Assembly: GCA_964016885.1 (NCBI GenBank)
Contig: OZ024740.1
Coordinates: 220,534,001-220,598,000, forward strand
Direction of reading: 5' to 3'
DNA: 64,000 nt
Origin: Eledone cirrhosa
Taxonomy: Eukaryota
Every line of letters starts with the position of its first letter. Positions within the stretch are counted from its first letter, which is position 1. The position numbers and the translations under genes are program-made. Positions 1 through 10,511 of the stretch are shown here, piece after piece. The notes under the pieces are model-generated. The model was not told the DNA's origin. It ran no database searches and was given only the letters and a program-made list of their open reading frames with translations.

Positions 1-263
1 CCGTCTGGCTGGCCATATTCTGCGTCTGCCAAATGAACGGCATTCGAAAACAGCGATGAACTGGACACCGCCTGGCGGAGTCCAGTTCATCGCTGTTCAG
101 GCGGGGTTGCCCAAGGATCACCTGGCGACGAACGTTCCGGAAAGACCTGATGGCAGCCAACATCACCTGGAACGGTCTCGAAAAAGTTGCCGCTGATCGT
201 GACCGTTGGCGAGTACTTGCTGCTCGATGCGCCGAACGGCGCAGAAGAATCTAAGACTAAGAC
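1..263 (+). mobile_element. 3' end of an RTE-like LINE (different family from the dominant one)
   Basis: LAGHILRL...MNWTPPGG...RGCPRITWRRT...AADRDRWRVL, ending in a short ctaaga repeat tail. Confidence 0.8.
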
Positions 264-2142
264 AACTTCTCTTCAAAAGAATGAAAATTAAATAGCAATT
301 TGAAATTCCTACGACTTTGACTCAGGTATTTAAAAACTACGAACCCCATTCTTCTTGAGAGATTATTGAATGAATAACAAAGTAGTATAAATGTGGAATC
401 TAAGACAGTTTCTAAATGCTGTTAATTTCAAACATTTTAACATGCATTCACAAACTATCAACAAAGTAAATAGACAATAATGAAAAAAAATTAGCCAACT
501 CGCTCTTAAATTGAGGAAATTTTAAGTCTGATTAGAGTCTGTTTTATAATTAAATTCGACTCAATGTGCCGATTGAAGCGACCAGCATTCAATCAACATA
601 ATCCATGAAGGCTACAATATTTCTTAATGACATTAGCTTCAAAACGAAATTAAACTAGTGCCAGTACCACGATAAAAGACCTCTACAAAGTGGTTGGTAT
701 TAGAAAGTGCATCTAGCCTTACAAATCTTGCCAAAAAGGTAAAGAGAATTCTTCACTTGCATCAAGAAAACCTCTCAAGTCCTGCTGTCACGATAAAATG
801 TACCCAGTACACTCTATAAAATAGTTGGCGTTAGGCAGGACATCCAGATGTAGAAAAATCAAACGGAAAATTCAAACGGAAAAAGGTTCTTGCCCTCCCA
901 TTCATCTAGGAGGTCACTCGCTCCAATTAAGTACTAAATTGCTTAGTAACGACTGTCCAGTCCATGCCCCAAAAAACCGGATGGATGATGGTGGTTATTT
1001 TTTAAAAACAACTTGTGTAATTTAAAATTCCGTCTGTTAAGATCTTCCATAGCTTTTCGTGGCATACTCTCCTGGATAGCCCTGGGTATTTAGTTGTGGA
1101 ATATTAAAAAAAAAAACACGAAACAGAAAAAGTTTGTGAATTACAGACCTTTCTAAAAGACAATTAAATAAATCTTTAAAAAAAATTATCGTTCGTAGAT
1201 TTTCAACGATACTCAAAGGAAACATTTTTTCTATTTTTAATACTGAAATAATGTTAACGTAATTCTAATAAACTGACAAAAATGTGTCGACTGTCATACT
1301 ATGTACAGCAGACGTAGACACCGAGATAAACACTCAGAGGGTAGATTCTGCTGTATGGTTTCGATATCTGGTTGAAAAACCAATTCACTTATGCAATTGA
1401 TGAATCCCATTCCACCCGATAAAGAAACGAACCTCACATCTCATTTAACCCTACTAATATACGTGGCATTATGCTTTTTAAAATAACAACAAAAAATCAA
1501 CTAAATGCCGAAGTAGATCAATAAGGAACAACGCCCACTCTTAATACAGATAGGTCAATTAGAAAACCAAAACATTTTCCACTTTATAACACCATAAAAA
1601 GTTGTTTATTCAACGAAAATTATTGTAAAATATGTTGAAAATATAATAAGAAAATTGTTCTAATTGCTAGTTCAATGATGCTGCAAACTGTATTCACTTT
1701 CAGCAACGAAATATATAAAATAAAAAGATACCTTCACAGCAATAGAATTTTAATTCTTTCAGAAAAAAGGTTATAATATTTCTGACAACTAATGTAGATC
1801 AAAATGTAGTCAATAAACAGCGTCAATTGATAAAACAGATACACATATGTAATAAACAAAATGTTGTAAGGAAGCAATAAAATCAGAAAGTATTTTACAC
1901 AAACTAATAGAGTCAGCAGTTTTAATCTGAAAAGGAATTCGTTTTGTCTATAATAAATAAAATAACTAGTCACCGGAAAAAATATCTATCTTTTAACAAA
2001 TATTCAATTAATTAATTTTTCTATTAATCGCCCGATACTGATAGACTATTAAAGAAAATATTTCTCAAATATGTAAATTAATATATAATGAGAAAAAAAT
2101 AAGGACGAGACTATATCACTTTTAAATAAACGAACAACTTAC

Positions 2143-2168
2143 AATCGGAGAGATTCATGAACAGCCAT
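2143..2168 (-). CDS. Candidate first coding exon of an unidentified downstream gene (MAVHESLR-)
   Basis: aatcATGG Kozak-like context, 26 nt, then a perfect GTAAGT donor, in a relatively CpG-rich TE-poor stretch; no homology recognised. Confidence 0.4.
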
Positions 2169-5100
2169 GATTTCATCACAGAAGAAATAAAGAAATAAAT
2201 TTGTTTTAGGTAGCAAACGCTACACTGTTCAGACAGGTTCTCCAAGGGAGCTAATTACGGTCATTTGGCGGTGGGAGAGAGAGAAAAAGAAAGGTAACTC
2301 TTGTGTACTGATTAATTGTTTCTACTTTTGGCACAAGGCCAGTATGTACTAATTAATGATGTGCTGTCTATCATTGCATGGTCCCATAACTCGAGGGAGT
2401 CGTGGGAGCACTGTATACGTCGTTTCTAGGGCATTTTTTAAATATAGCTGGCAGAGTCCAATCCTCTCTAAGTCTAAGAACAGCAGATTTCTTCCAGAGA
2501 GTGAGAGAATGAACGAGAGTAAGAATCGACCCCTTTGACTGGTACTTTTTTTTATCTACCTCAAATGGATGAAAGGCAAAGTTGACCTTGGCTGGATTTG
2601 AACACACATAGCCGAAACAAATACCGCAAAACCTTCTATCCGACGTTCTAATGACTCGGCAAATTCGCCGCCTTTTCGATCATTCATTAAAAGGTTAATC
2701 ACCGAGATTAATCATCTTTACTTATTAATTAAAACAACAAGCAAAGGGCGTTTGGAAAGATACTTATTTTAATCTGGTTTTGTTTTAGTTAGCTTTCAGA
2801 ATATTACCCAGCTTTAGATGAGTTTTCGGAGAAGTATATTCGAAGTGTTCAATGCCTTAAAAAATACTTCATCGTTACAATTAAATCTGGCATTGGAATA
2901 CCTCACAAAATATATAATTTCACTCATTCTCAGCGTAGTTGTTGAATTAGCTTTTCATAAGTTCTTTCCTAGATGTTTATTACTGTAAATACGCTTTGCC
3001 AACTTAAAATGACAAAGCAAGACAATTCAACGAGACACCCTTTCGTAACCTTAACACCAGCAATTTACATAACGTTTAACAGAAGGTTGTGCTCCCGAAA
3101 TATAGAAGGCAAAGAAAGAAAACATCCTATTGCCTGCTGTCAAAAGCTAGGGTGTATTTGTTTTGTGAAAGTCCCTCTTCCACAAAAAGATGCCTTCATT
3201 GGAAAAGTTATCATGTTGGCTGGCTTTTTTTCTTCCAACTCCATTTTTAACGCAGTCAACAGATTATTAACTGGATTTTACACCTCATTAGGTTCAACAC
3301 CTCTAAGTGTGATAACTTCTTTTGAAACTTGTAAGTGGTAAAAAATAGGGTTTACAAAAGAAACAAATTAACCAGGAACAAAAAAGAGAAAATAAATTGG
3401 AAGAAGAAACAAATGTGTGTATGTGGGGAGGATCCACACCACCACAAGGCACTGGAGCCGCCCTCTAATAACTTTTGAGGCAAACCAACAAACACACTTG
3501 CAGATGATAGTGAGGCTAAGGTGCTGGAATAGTCAAGCTTCCTTGGTATGGCAAGCTGCCAATAACTTTTTTTATAAGCGGCCCAACTCCCCCAAATGTT
3601 TCGAATGTCATAGGCAGGAAAAAATAGTTTGTGATCATTCCTTGCAGCTTAAAATTTTATTTCTTTTGTAGCTAAAACCCAACAGAATCATAGTAAAAAT
3701 ATTCTGATCCTGAACTACTGTGTACTCAAATTATTCTCACTAAACAATTCAACTTCTCAACCTTTATTTCAGATAGTGAATAATATATGTCTTAACCCCA
3801 AGAAAGACAACTGTTTTGATTTTGCCCATAACCCACATGTTGCTCGCATTTCCAGCATGTCTAAATTGTTATTGTTGGTGGCTTGCCATACCAAGGTATC
3901 AGATATGCTCTTGAGGGTGTTTGGTTATTCCAGTACCTTAGTCTCACTACTACTTGTGCCAGCGCTGTAAATGTTGGCTTTGCCTTTCATCCTTACGGGG
4001 TTGATAAAATAAAGTACCAGTAATGTACTGAGATAATTGCTGGCCTTGTGCCAAAAGTAGAAACAATTATTATTAGAGGGAAGCTCCAGCACCCCTTGTT
4101 ATAGTGTATGATTGAGTGTGTGGGTCTTCTCCCCAGCCCTTATTTTTCTTTTTTATTACCCCCACTTTTTTTGTTTTTGGTACTAAATAGTCTTATATAA
4201 ATGGTAAAAACAGTGTCTAGTCATTCTATAAAAATAACAGCAAATGATTACAATCTTTTACTAGAGAAGATATAGCAACATGTCTCACATTTGTTACGCG
4301 CCCTTGAGTTATGCAAGGGCAATGATGTTTTGAACATCGTGTCAGCCTTTGACTATGTTTAGCAATTTAAATCTTACCAAATTGCTTGGAAACTTCCTGT
4401 CAGATTGCTGCACCACAATATATATGTGTAGCGAAATCTGTCCACACATTGACCCCTAGGTGACATTTAACAGTCATTTTTTGGGTTATCTCCTTTCGGG
4501 CGTAAACAGGCCTGAGAGTGGGCGACCTTTAAAGGTCAGCCCTTTGTTCTCAAGGCTTGGGGACAGAAGAAGCAACATAGATAAATAAGCTGCCCTGGAC
4601 CAGCACAACAGCAGTTCAAAGCGGATCTTGATAAAGTAGACATGTAAATTATTGCTTTCTACAGACCTCTTGGGGTCTTACAGACTCTTACTCTTTCTCT
4701 CTCTCTTTCACTCAATCTCTATCTCTTGGTCGATCTCTTAACCAAGACAGTGAAGTTCATGAAGTTTTCTTGGTAAATACAATTCAATTCTACTTTTACA
4801 AACAAACAAATAACGTCCATAATTCTTGTGTGTTTTTCGTATAGCTTCAGCGTGAGTTATTTTCAATAAATTGATAATATAGCGGTTTGGTGTCATCGTG
4901 GTTCATTTAGATATATTCATTTTCTGCGTGATCAAGGGGTACTGTCATGCGATTAGCTGTCAGAAGTCATTCGTCAACCTTTCTCAATCGTAAACATCGT
5001 TTATTTCCGTATTACCACGCGTTATTTTAATAAAGCATATCGATGTAAGTGGAGTTACTTAAAGGAAAATATAGGTGGTCCTTAAAAGGGCCCAACAGTG

Positions 5101-5494
5101 GAGTTACTTCTGACAGCTAATACCATGAACTATATTTTCATAGTCATGGTTATCAATGTAGAAAACAAGTCATTTTCACCAACAGTGGAGTTAACTTAAA
5201 TGAAAATATAGGTGGCCCTTAAAAGGGCCAAATTAGCAAACAAATATATGGTCATCAAATTTTTTTCACCAACCCTATACATTTATGAAGAAATGTTTAG
5301 AAAACAATTTTTTTTCACTAACCTTATTCAAAAGCATAGATACAGTCCACATGGAGACAAGAGACAGTCCCCGCCAATCAGCAACAAACACCACCAACAC
5401 CACGTGTAAATAAATAAACTTTAATCTTCACTTTGTGATAATACACGCATTTGCAAGTTGAAAAATATGAATTCTACAATATACCCAAGTGTTA

Positions 5495-6359
5495 ATGGAA
5501 TTAACCATCGCTACCGCTACGACAGCAGATACCATCAATTGGTTGAAAAATCATGGACTTCTGAATACACAAAAGGTCTGCCCTTCATGTGGTGAACGCA
5601 TGTTGGAAGTAGCGAAAAAAAAATGTGTCAGATGGGATTATCTGGTCATGTGGAAGACCATGTAGGAAACAGGTGTCGATTAGAAAAGGCACATTTCTAG
5701 AAAATAGTAATTTGAAGTGTGAACAAATAGTTGATATAATGTATTATTGGGCAAAAGAAGATTTAGCCAAGATTTCACAGGAATGTCGTATCGCGAATGT
5801 GGCCGTAACAGATTTGCAAAATTTTTGCCTTGATGTATGTGCAGAGTATTATATGGCACAAAACATTAAGCTTGGCGGGCCAAACCGAATTGTCGAGATT
5901 GACGAAAGCGCCTTCGTGAGAAGGAAATACCATGCTGGCCATCTGGTGAAAACACAGTGGGTCTTTGGTGCTTTGGAAAGAGGTACCAGAAGATGTTTTT
6001 TAGTAGCAGTAGAAGACCGGACAGCAGAGCCACTTTTAGCCATTATACAGGATAGTATATTGTCTGGCACAACTATAATATCTGATCTATCGCGCTCCTA
6101 TAATACGATCGATCAGCTAGGCTATCAACATTTGACTGTGAACCATTCCATCAATTTAGTTGATCCTGTAACATTTGCCACAACGAATCACATAGAATGC
6201 TTGTGGAAACATGTAAAGAATAGGAATAAAAGGGAAAACGGAACAGCCAGAAATTTGCTTCAAACCCATCTAATTGAATTCATGTGGCGGTATGAATTTA
6301 AAGGTGAAATTTTCCAAAAGTTATTAGAACATATTCGTCATCTGTATCCATGCTTTTGA
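5495..6359 (+). pseudogene. Merlin DDE transposase with one frameshift in an A9 run (5615-5623)
   Basis: N-terminal part (WLKNHGLL...CPSC) joins WSCGRPC if one A is removed. Catalytic motifs VEIDES, IISD and TNHIE are intact. Confidence 0.9.
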
Positions 6360-6606
6360 ATAAGGTTGGTGAAAAAAATGTTTCTAAACATTTCTTCATA
6401 AATGGTGAAAAAATTTTTTTTATAAACTTAAATTTATGACTTGTTTTCTCCATTGATAACCATGACTGAAAATATAAATGAATAAATCAAATTTATTTGA
6501 TAACCATGACTTGTTTTCTAATTAACTTAAATTTGTTTGCCAATTTGGCCCTTTTAAGGGCCACCTATATTTTCATTTAAGTTAACTCCACTGTTGGTAA
6601 AAAAAA

Positions 6607-6861
6607 TGTGGGTATGGTGTGGCGTGCGGTGGCCGGAGGCGGGGGAGTGCTCGACCGGAAGGGTCTTTTGGCCGGAAGGATGCTCGACCGGAAGGGCCAG
6701 CAGAGGGCCTCTCTCTAGTGGTGACCAGCACACGGTGTGGACGCGAGTTTTGGGCAGCTCCCGGTGTTAAGCAGTTGGACGCACGTGCAAGAGGAGTACC
6801 TGCAGTGGAATTTAGCGGCGCCTGTGAAAAGCGGTAAGTGAGATAGCTTTTTCTAACTACA
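6607..6861 (+). repeat. 5' LTR (255 bp)
   Basis: TGTGGG...CTACA, a direct repeat of 10512-10775. Confidence 0.95.
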
Positions 6862-6873
6862 AGCTATTTCGGC
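6862..6873 (+). promoter_or_regulatory. Non-canonical primer binding site AGCTATTTCGGC, complementary to nt 1-12 of tRNA-Phe
   Basis: Directly abuts the LTR's terminal CA; its reverse complement GCCGAAATAGCT is the conserved 5' end of animal cytosolic tRNA-Phe(GAA). Confidence 0.75.
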
Positions 6874-6927
6874 GACTGGAAAAAGAAAAAAAAAAAAAAA
6901 AACACTTGCCGCAAGACAAATCAGAAG

Positions 6928-7689
6928 ATGACAACAAGACTACGGATGAACGAAGCTATCAGGGCATTCACCGGGGAAGGTGATGTCGTCGCTTGGCTGC
7001 GGAAGGTTCGGCTGGTCGCAAGCTTGCAGAAGATAGAGGACGTGGCCGGCCTCATGGCATTGTACCTCGAGGGCGACACGCTGGTACTCTTCCTTGAGTT
7101 GGACGAGCACAGCCAAAGAGATGTGCAGAAGATTGAGAGGCGTCTGATGGATGCATTCGCCGAGGGACCGTTGGCGGCTTTTGCTAAGCTGGCGAGAATC
7201 AGGTGGAATGGTGAGCGCGTCGACATTTTCGCAGCGGAAATAAGGCGGTTGGCTATGTTGGCCGGTTACCAGGCGGAATGTGAACGCACGGTGCGGTTGG
7301 CGTTCATCAATGGATTTTCGGACGACATAGCGGTGAAACTGCAGCAAGTCCCGGGTTATAAAGAGATGGAAATGCGTTCACTGGTGGAACAAGCCCGGAT
7401 CATAGCGGAAGATGCCAAAAAGAGTGTTGCGGCGATAGCAACTACGGAGGCTCAGGACACCTGGCAGCGAAATGGTGAAAGGGAGGCAACCTTGGCACGC
7501 GGCCGTCCACGTGCGTTTAAGGGGCGCTGTTTTCGGTGCCAGGGCCCGCATATGGCTAGAGACTGTAGAGAGTCGAAGCCGGAGATAATTTGCTACCGGT
7601 GTAAGCGACCAGGCCACATCGCTATTAACTGTGACCGGGGAAATGATCCAAGGGGAACTACTGCGCCGGTAGTTGCCCCTTACGAGTAG
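6928..7689 (+). CDS. gag: Gag with two zinc knuckles
   Basis: Intact 253-aa ORF with CFRCQGPHMARDC (CX2CX3HX4C) and CYRCKRPGHIAINC. Confidence 0.92.
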   Translation: MTTRLRMNEAIRAFTGEGDVVAWLRKVRLVASLQKIEDVAGLMALYLEGDTLVLFLELDEHSQRDVQKIERRLMDAFAEGPLAAFAKLARIRWNGERVDIFAAEIRRLAMLAGYQAECERTVRLAFINGFSDDIAVKLQQVPGYKEMEMRSLVEQARIIAEDAKKSVAAIATTEAQDTWQRNGEREATLARGRPRAFKGRCFRCQGPHMARDCRESKPEIICYRCKRPGHIAINCDRGNDPRGTTAPVVAPYE

Positions 7690-10498
7690 CGGCGCTGCCT
7701 GTGGTGGAAGTCTTCGTGAGGGGGAAGCCACAGCGAGCCCTCGTGGATACGGGCTGTACGACGACACTGGTGACCGTGGGGAGGGAAGAGCAGCATAAGG
7801 GCAGTCGACGGCAGGAAAATTGAATGCCGAGGTCGCAGCGAGATGGAAATAGCGGTACGGGGAAGGAGGGTAAGGCTTTCCGCCATCGTGGTAGACAGTG
7901 TGGTGGATGGGATCGGCGTGGTTATGGGCATGGACGCGATTGGCCGTCTAGGGGGCGTCACGGTGAACAATGTCGTGTCGTTTGGCACTGCTGCATCGGT
8001 ATGCGCTGTGTGTGCACGTCATGAGAACCAGAAGGCCCACGAGGAGGAATACCCCGCTTACACTGTACAGGACAAAGACTTCAAGGCCGTGTTTGATGGG
8101 CAGCGATGGGTTGTTGAGTGGTACTGGAAGGGAGAACCACGAACACTGAAGACCAAAGTGGGCTGCTATCAACACACATTGAAGGGAAACGCTAGGAGCG
8201 AGTTCGAGCGAGAAGTAGAGAGATGGATCGAAGAGGGCATACTGCTTCCCTGGAAGGAGGAGGTGAAGTGCGGAGTATTGCCGTTGATGGCGGTGGTGCA
8301 ACCCATGAAGAGCAAGGTGAGGCCGGTGCTGGACTATCGGGAGCTGAACGAGCACGTGTCATGCCACACGGGTGGCGAGGTCACGGATGTCTGTGGGGAA
8401 ACCCTGCGTGAGTGGAGACGCATGACGGGGGGTTCAGCGATCATGGATCTAAAGTCGGCTTTCTTGCAGTTGCATATAGATGAGAAGCTCTGGCGGTATC
8501 AGCTGGTCAGGTATAAGGGCCGGACATATTGCCTGACCAGGCCCGGTTTCGGGCTGAGCTCCGCACCGAAGATCATGGCGGCGGTCCTCAAGACCGCTCT
8601 GGGGAGGGCCGACAAGATAAAGAGGGCTACTAACTCCTATATTGACGACATCCTAGTGGACGAGTCGGTGGTGTCGACGGCAGAGGTCACGAGCCATTTG
8701 CGGAGGTATGGACTGACTGCGAAGCCATAAGAAGCATTGGAGGGAGGAGCCGCGCTGGGACTTAGGCTACGGCGAGACAAGATGGGCGTTTTGGTGTTCC
8801 AGAGGGGAAACGAAGTTCCGGAACTGGGCCCAAGTATGAATAGGCGGGAGCTTTTCTCGGTGTGTGGAAAGCTGGTGGGTCACTATCCGATCGCTGGGTG
8901 GCTCCGGACGGCATGCAGCTATGTCAAGAGACGAGCGGGAGGGGTGACTTGGAGTGACAGAGTGGGAGAGAGGATGGTGGCTATGATGCAGGAGATCGTG
9001 GGGAGGGTGAAGGCCGACGACCCAGTGCGGGGACGCTGGTACGTTCCCAAATCACAGAGCGGGACCGTATGGTGCGATGCCAGCAGCATAGCGCTGGGTG
9101 TCACGTTGGAGATAGGAGGTGTTGAGGTCGAGGATGCAGCCTGGCTTAGAAAGAAGGACGACTGCAGCCACATCAATGTGGCCGAGCTGGACGCGGTGTT
9201 GAGAGGGGTGAACCTTGCCCTGCAGTGGGGGCTGCGCACCATCGAGATACGCACCGACTCGGCTACTGTACTCGGATGGGTAAGATCAGTGCTCACCAGT
9301 GAGAAGAGAGTGCGAACAAGAGGCGCGGCGGAGATGCTGATAAAGCGCCGCCTGGGAAAGTTAGGAGAGCTAGCCACCGAGTTCGACCTGAAGCTGAGCG
9401 TAGTGTTCGTGCCCTCAGAGAAAAATAGGGCGGACATCTTAACTAGAGTGAAGAAAGCCTGGATGGAAGCGCCGGAGGAGGTAGAGGAAGAGATAGCTGC
9501 CGTGTGTCGGCTGACCGAGTTAGACCTGAAGGGGTTGCATGACATGCACCACATGGGGGTGGATAGGAGCCTGTTCCTAGCCAGGAGAATCGACTCGGAC
9601 GTTAGCAGACACAGTGTTCGGGGGGTCGTTAGAGGATGCGTCCGATGTCAGTCCATTGATCCCGCCCCGTGTGTACACGAAACGGGAAGCCTCCCGGTGG
9701 ATCGCGACTGGAAGCGATTAGCGGTGGATGTGACGCACTACCGGCAGGGAACGTACCTCTCGATGGTCGACTGTGGACCAGGTCGAATGGCGATATGGAG
9801 GGAGATGAAGACTGGAACGGCCGAGGAAATCGTGCGGACGTTGAGAGAGGTGTTCTTGGAGCAGGGCCCTGTGGACGAACTGCTGATGGACAACAGCGCA
9901 GCGCTCCACTCGGAGACACTGAGGGAGATGCTTGATGGATGGAAGGTGGACCGTTTCTTCAGAGCGGCGCACAGGCCGAGCGGGAATGGAATCGTGGAGC
10001 GACACCACCGGACGATCAAGGCAATGGCGGAGCGGGGCCATATCTCACCAATGGAGGCAGTGTTCTGGTACAATATGTCCCCTCGGGTTGGACAGGTCGA
10101 GGAATCGGTGCCACACAGAGCAGTATTCAAATACGAGTGGCGTCACCCGTGCACGCCACCACAACGGCCAGTGGGGAGAGAGAGTGCATTCGTGCAGGTG
10201 GGCGAAGAAGTCTGGGTTAAGCCCCCAGATGCACATTGCACATCTCAATCAATGGGGAAGGGGAACGGTGACGGCCGTAAATTCAAAGAACAATGTGTCC
10301 GTGGACAGGGTACCACGTCATGTCCTGGATGTAAGAAGAATCACTGTGTCGACGGACTCCGAGGAAGAAGAAACCCAAGATGAGGTGGAAACCCAGAGCC
10401 CTGCCCCAATGCTACGAAGATCGCAACGGAGTCGTAGACCACCGACCTGGACAGCAGACTTTCATATGCAGAGGGACGAGGGGGAAATTGATCCTTGA
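7647..10498 (+). pseudogene. pol: Pol (protease-RT-RNase H-integrase), disrupted
   Basis: Motifs: LVDTG (7740-7754), DLKSAF, YIDD, WCDAS/AELDAV/TDS/NRAD, HHCC, DVT/MDN/VER. Lesions: TGA at 7644, frameshift near 7776, TAA at 8728-8730, TCAA duplication at 10245-10252. Confidence 0.93.
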
Positions 10499-10511
10499 GA
10501 TCAGGGGGGCG

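Noticed and set aside
2973-3970. Short ORFs of 60-120 aa here and throughout the introns
   Set aside because: They have no motifs or splice support, and most derive from SINEs or AT-rich noise.
5615-5623. Programmed frameshift in the Merlin transposase
   Set aside because: It would need +1 rather than the -1 typical of A-run slippery sites; a homopolymer indel is simpler.
5625-6359. Bacterial IS1595/ISXO2 element suggesting contamination or recent HGT
   Set aside because: It sits in intron-rich animal DNA, carries a nested LTR element and has the long TIRs and 8-bp TSD of eukaryotic Merlin.
6877-6890. TGG at 6877 as a canonical PBS
   Set aside because: It is 15 nt from the LTR and followed by an A-tract that resembles no tRNA 3' end.
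8728-8730. Programmed stop readthrough inside pol
   Set aside because: The TAA lies within RT in a copy with several other lesions, so it is a simple nonsense mutation.
8919-9554. 211-aa antisense ORF and other overlapping ORFs in the LTR element
   Set aside because: These are shadow ORFs expected opposite GC-rich coding sequence and carry no recognisable motifs.
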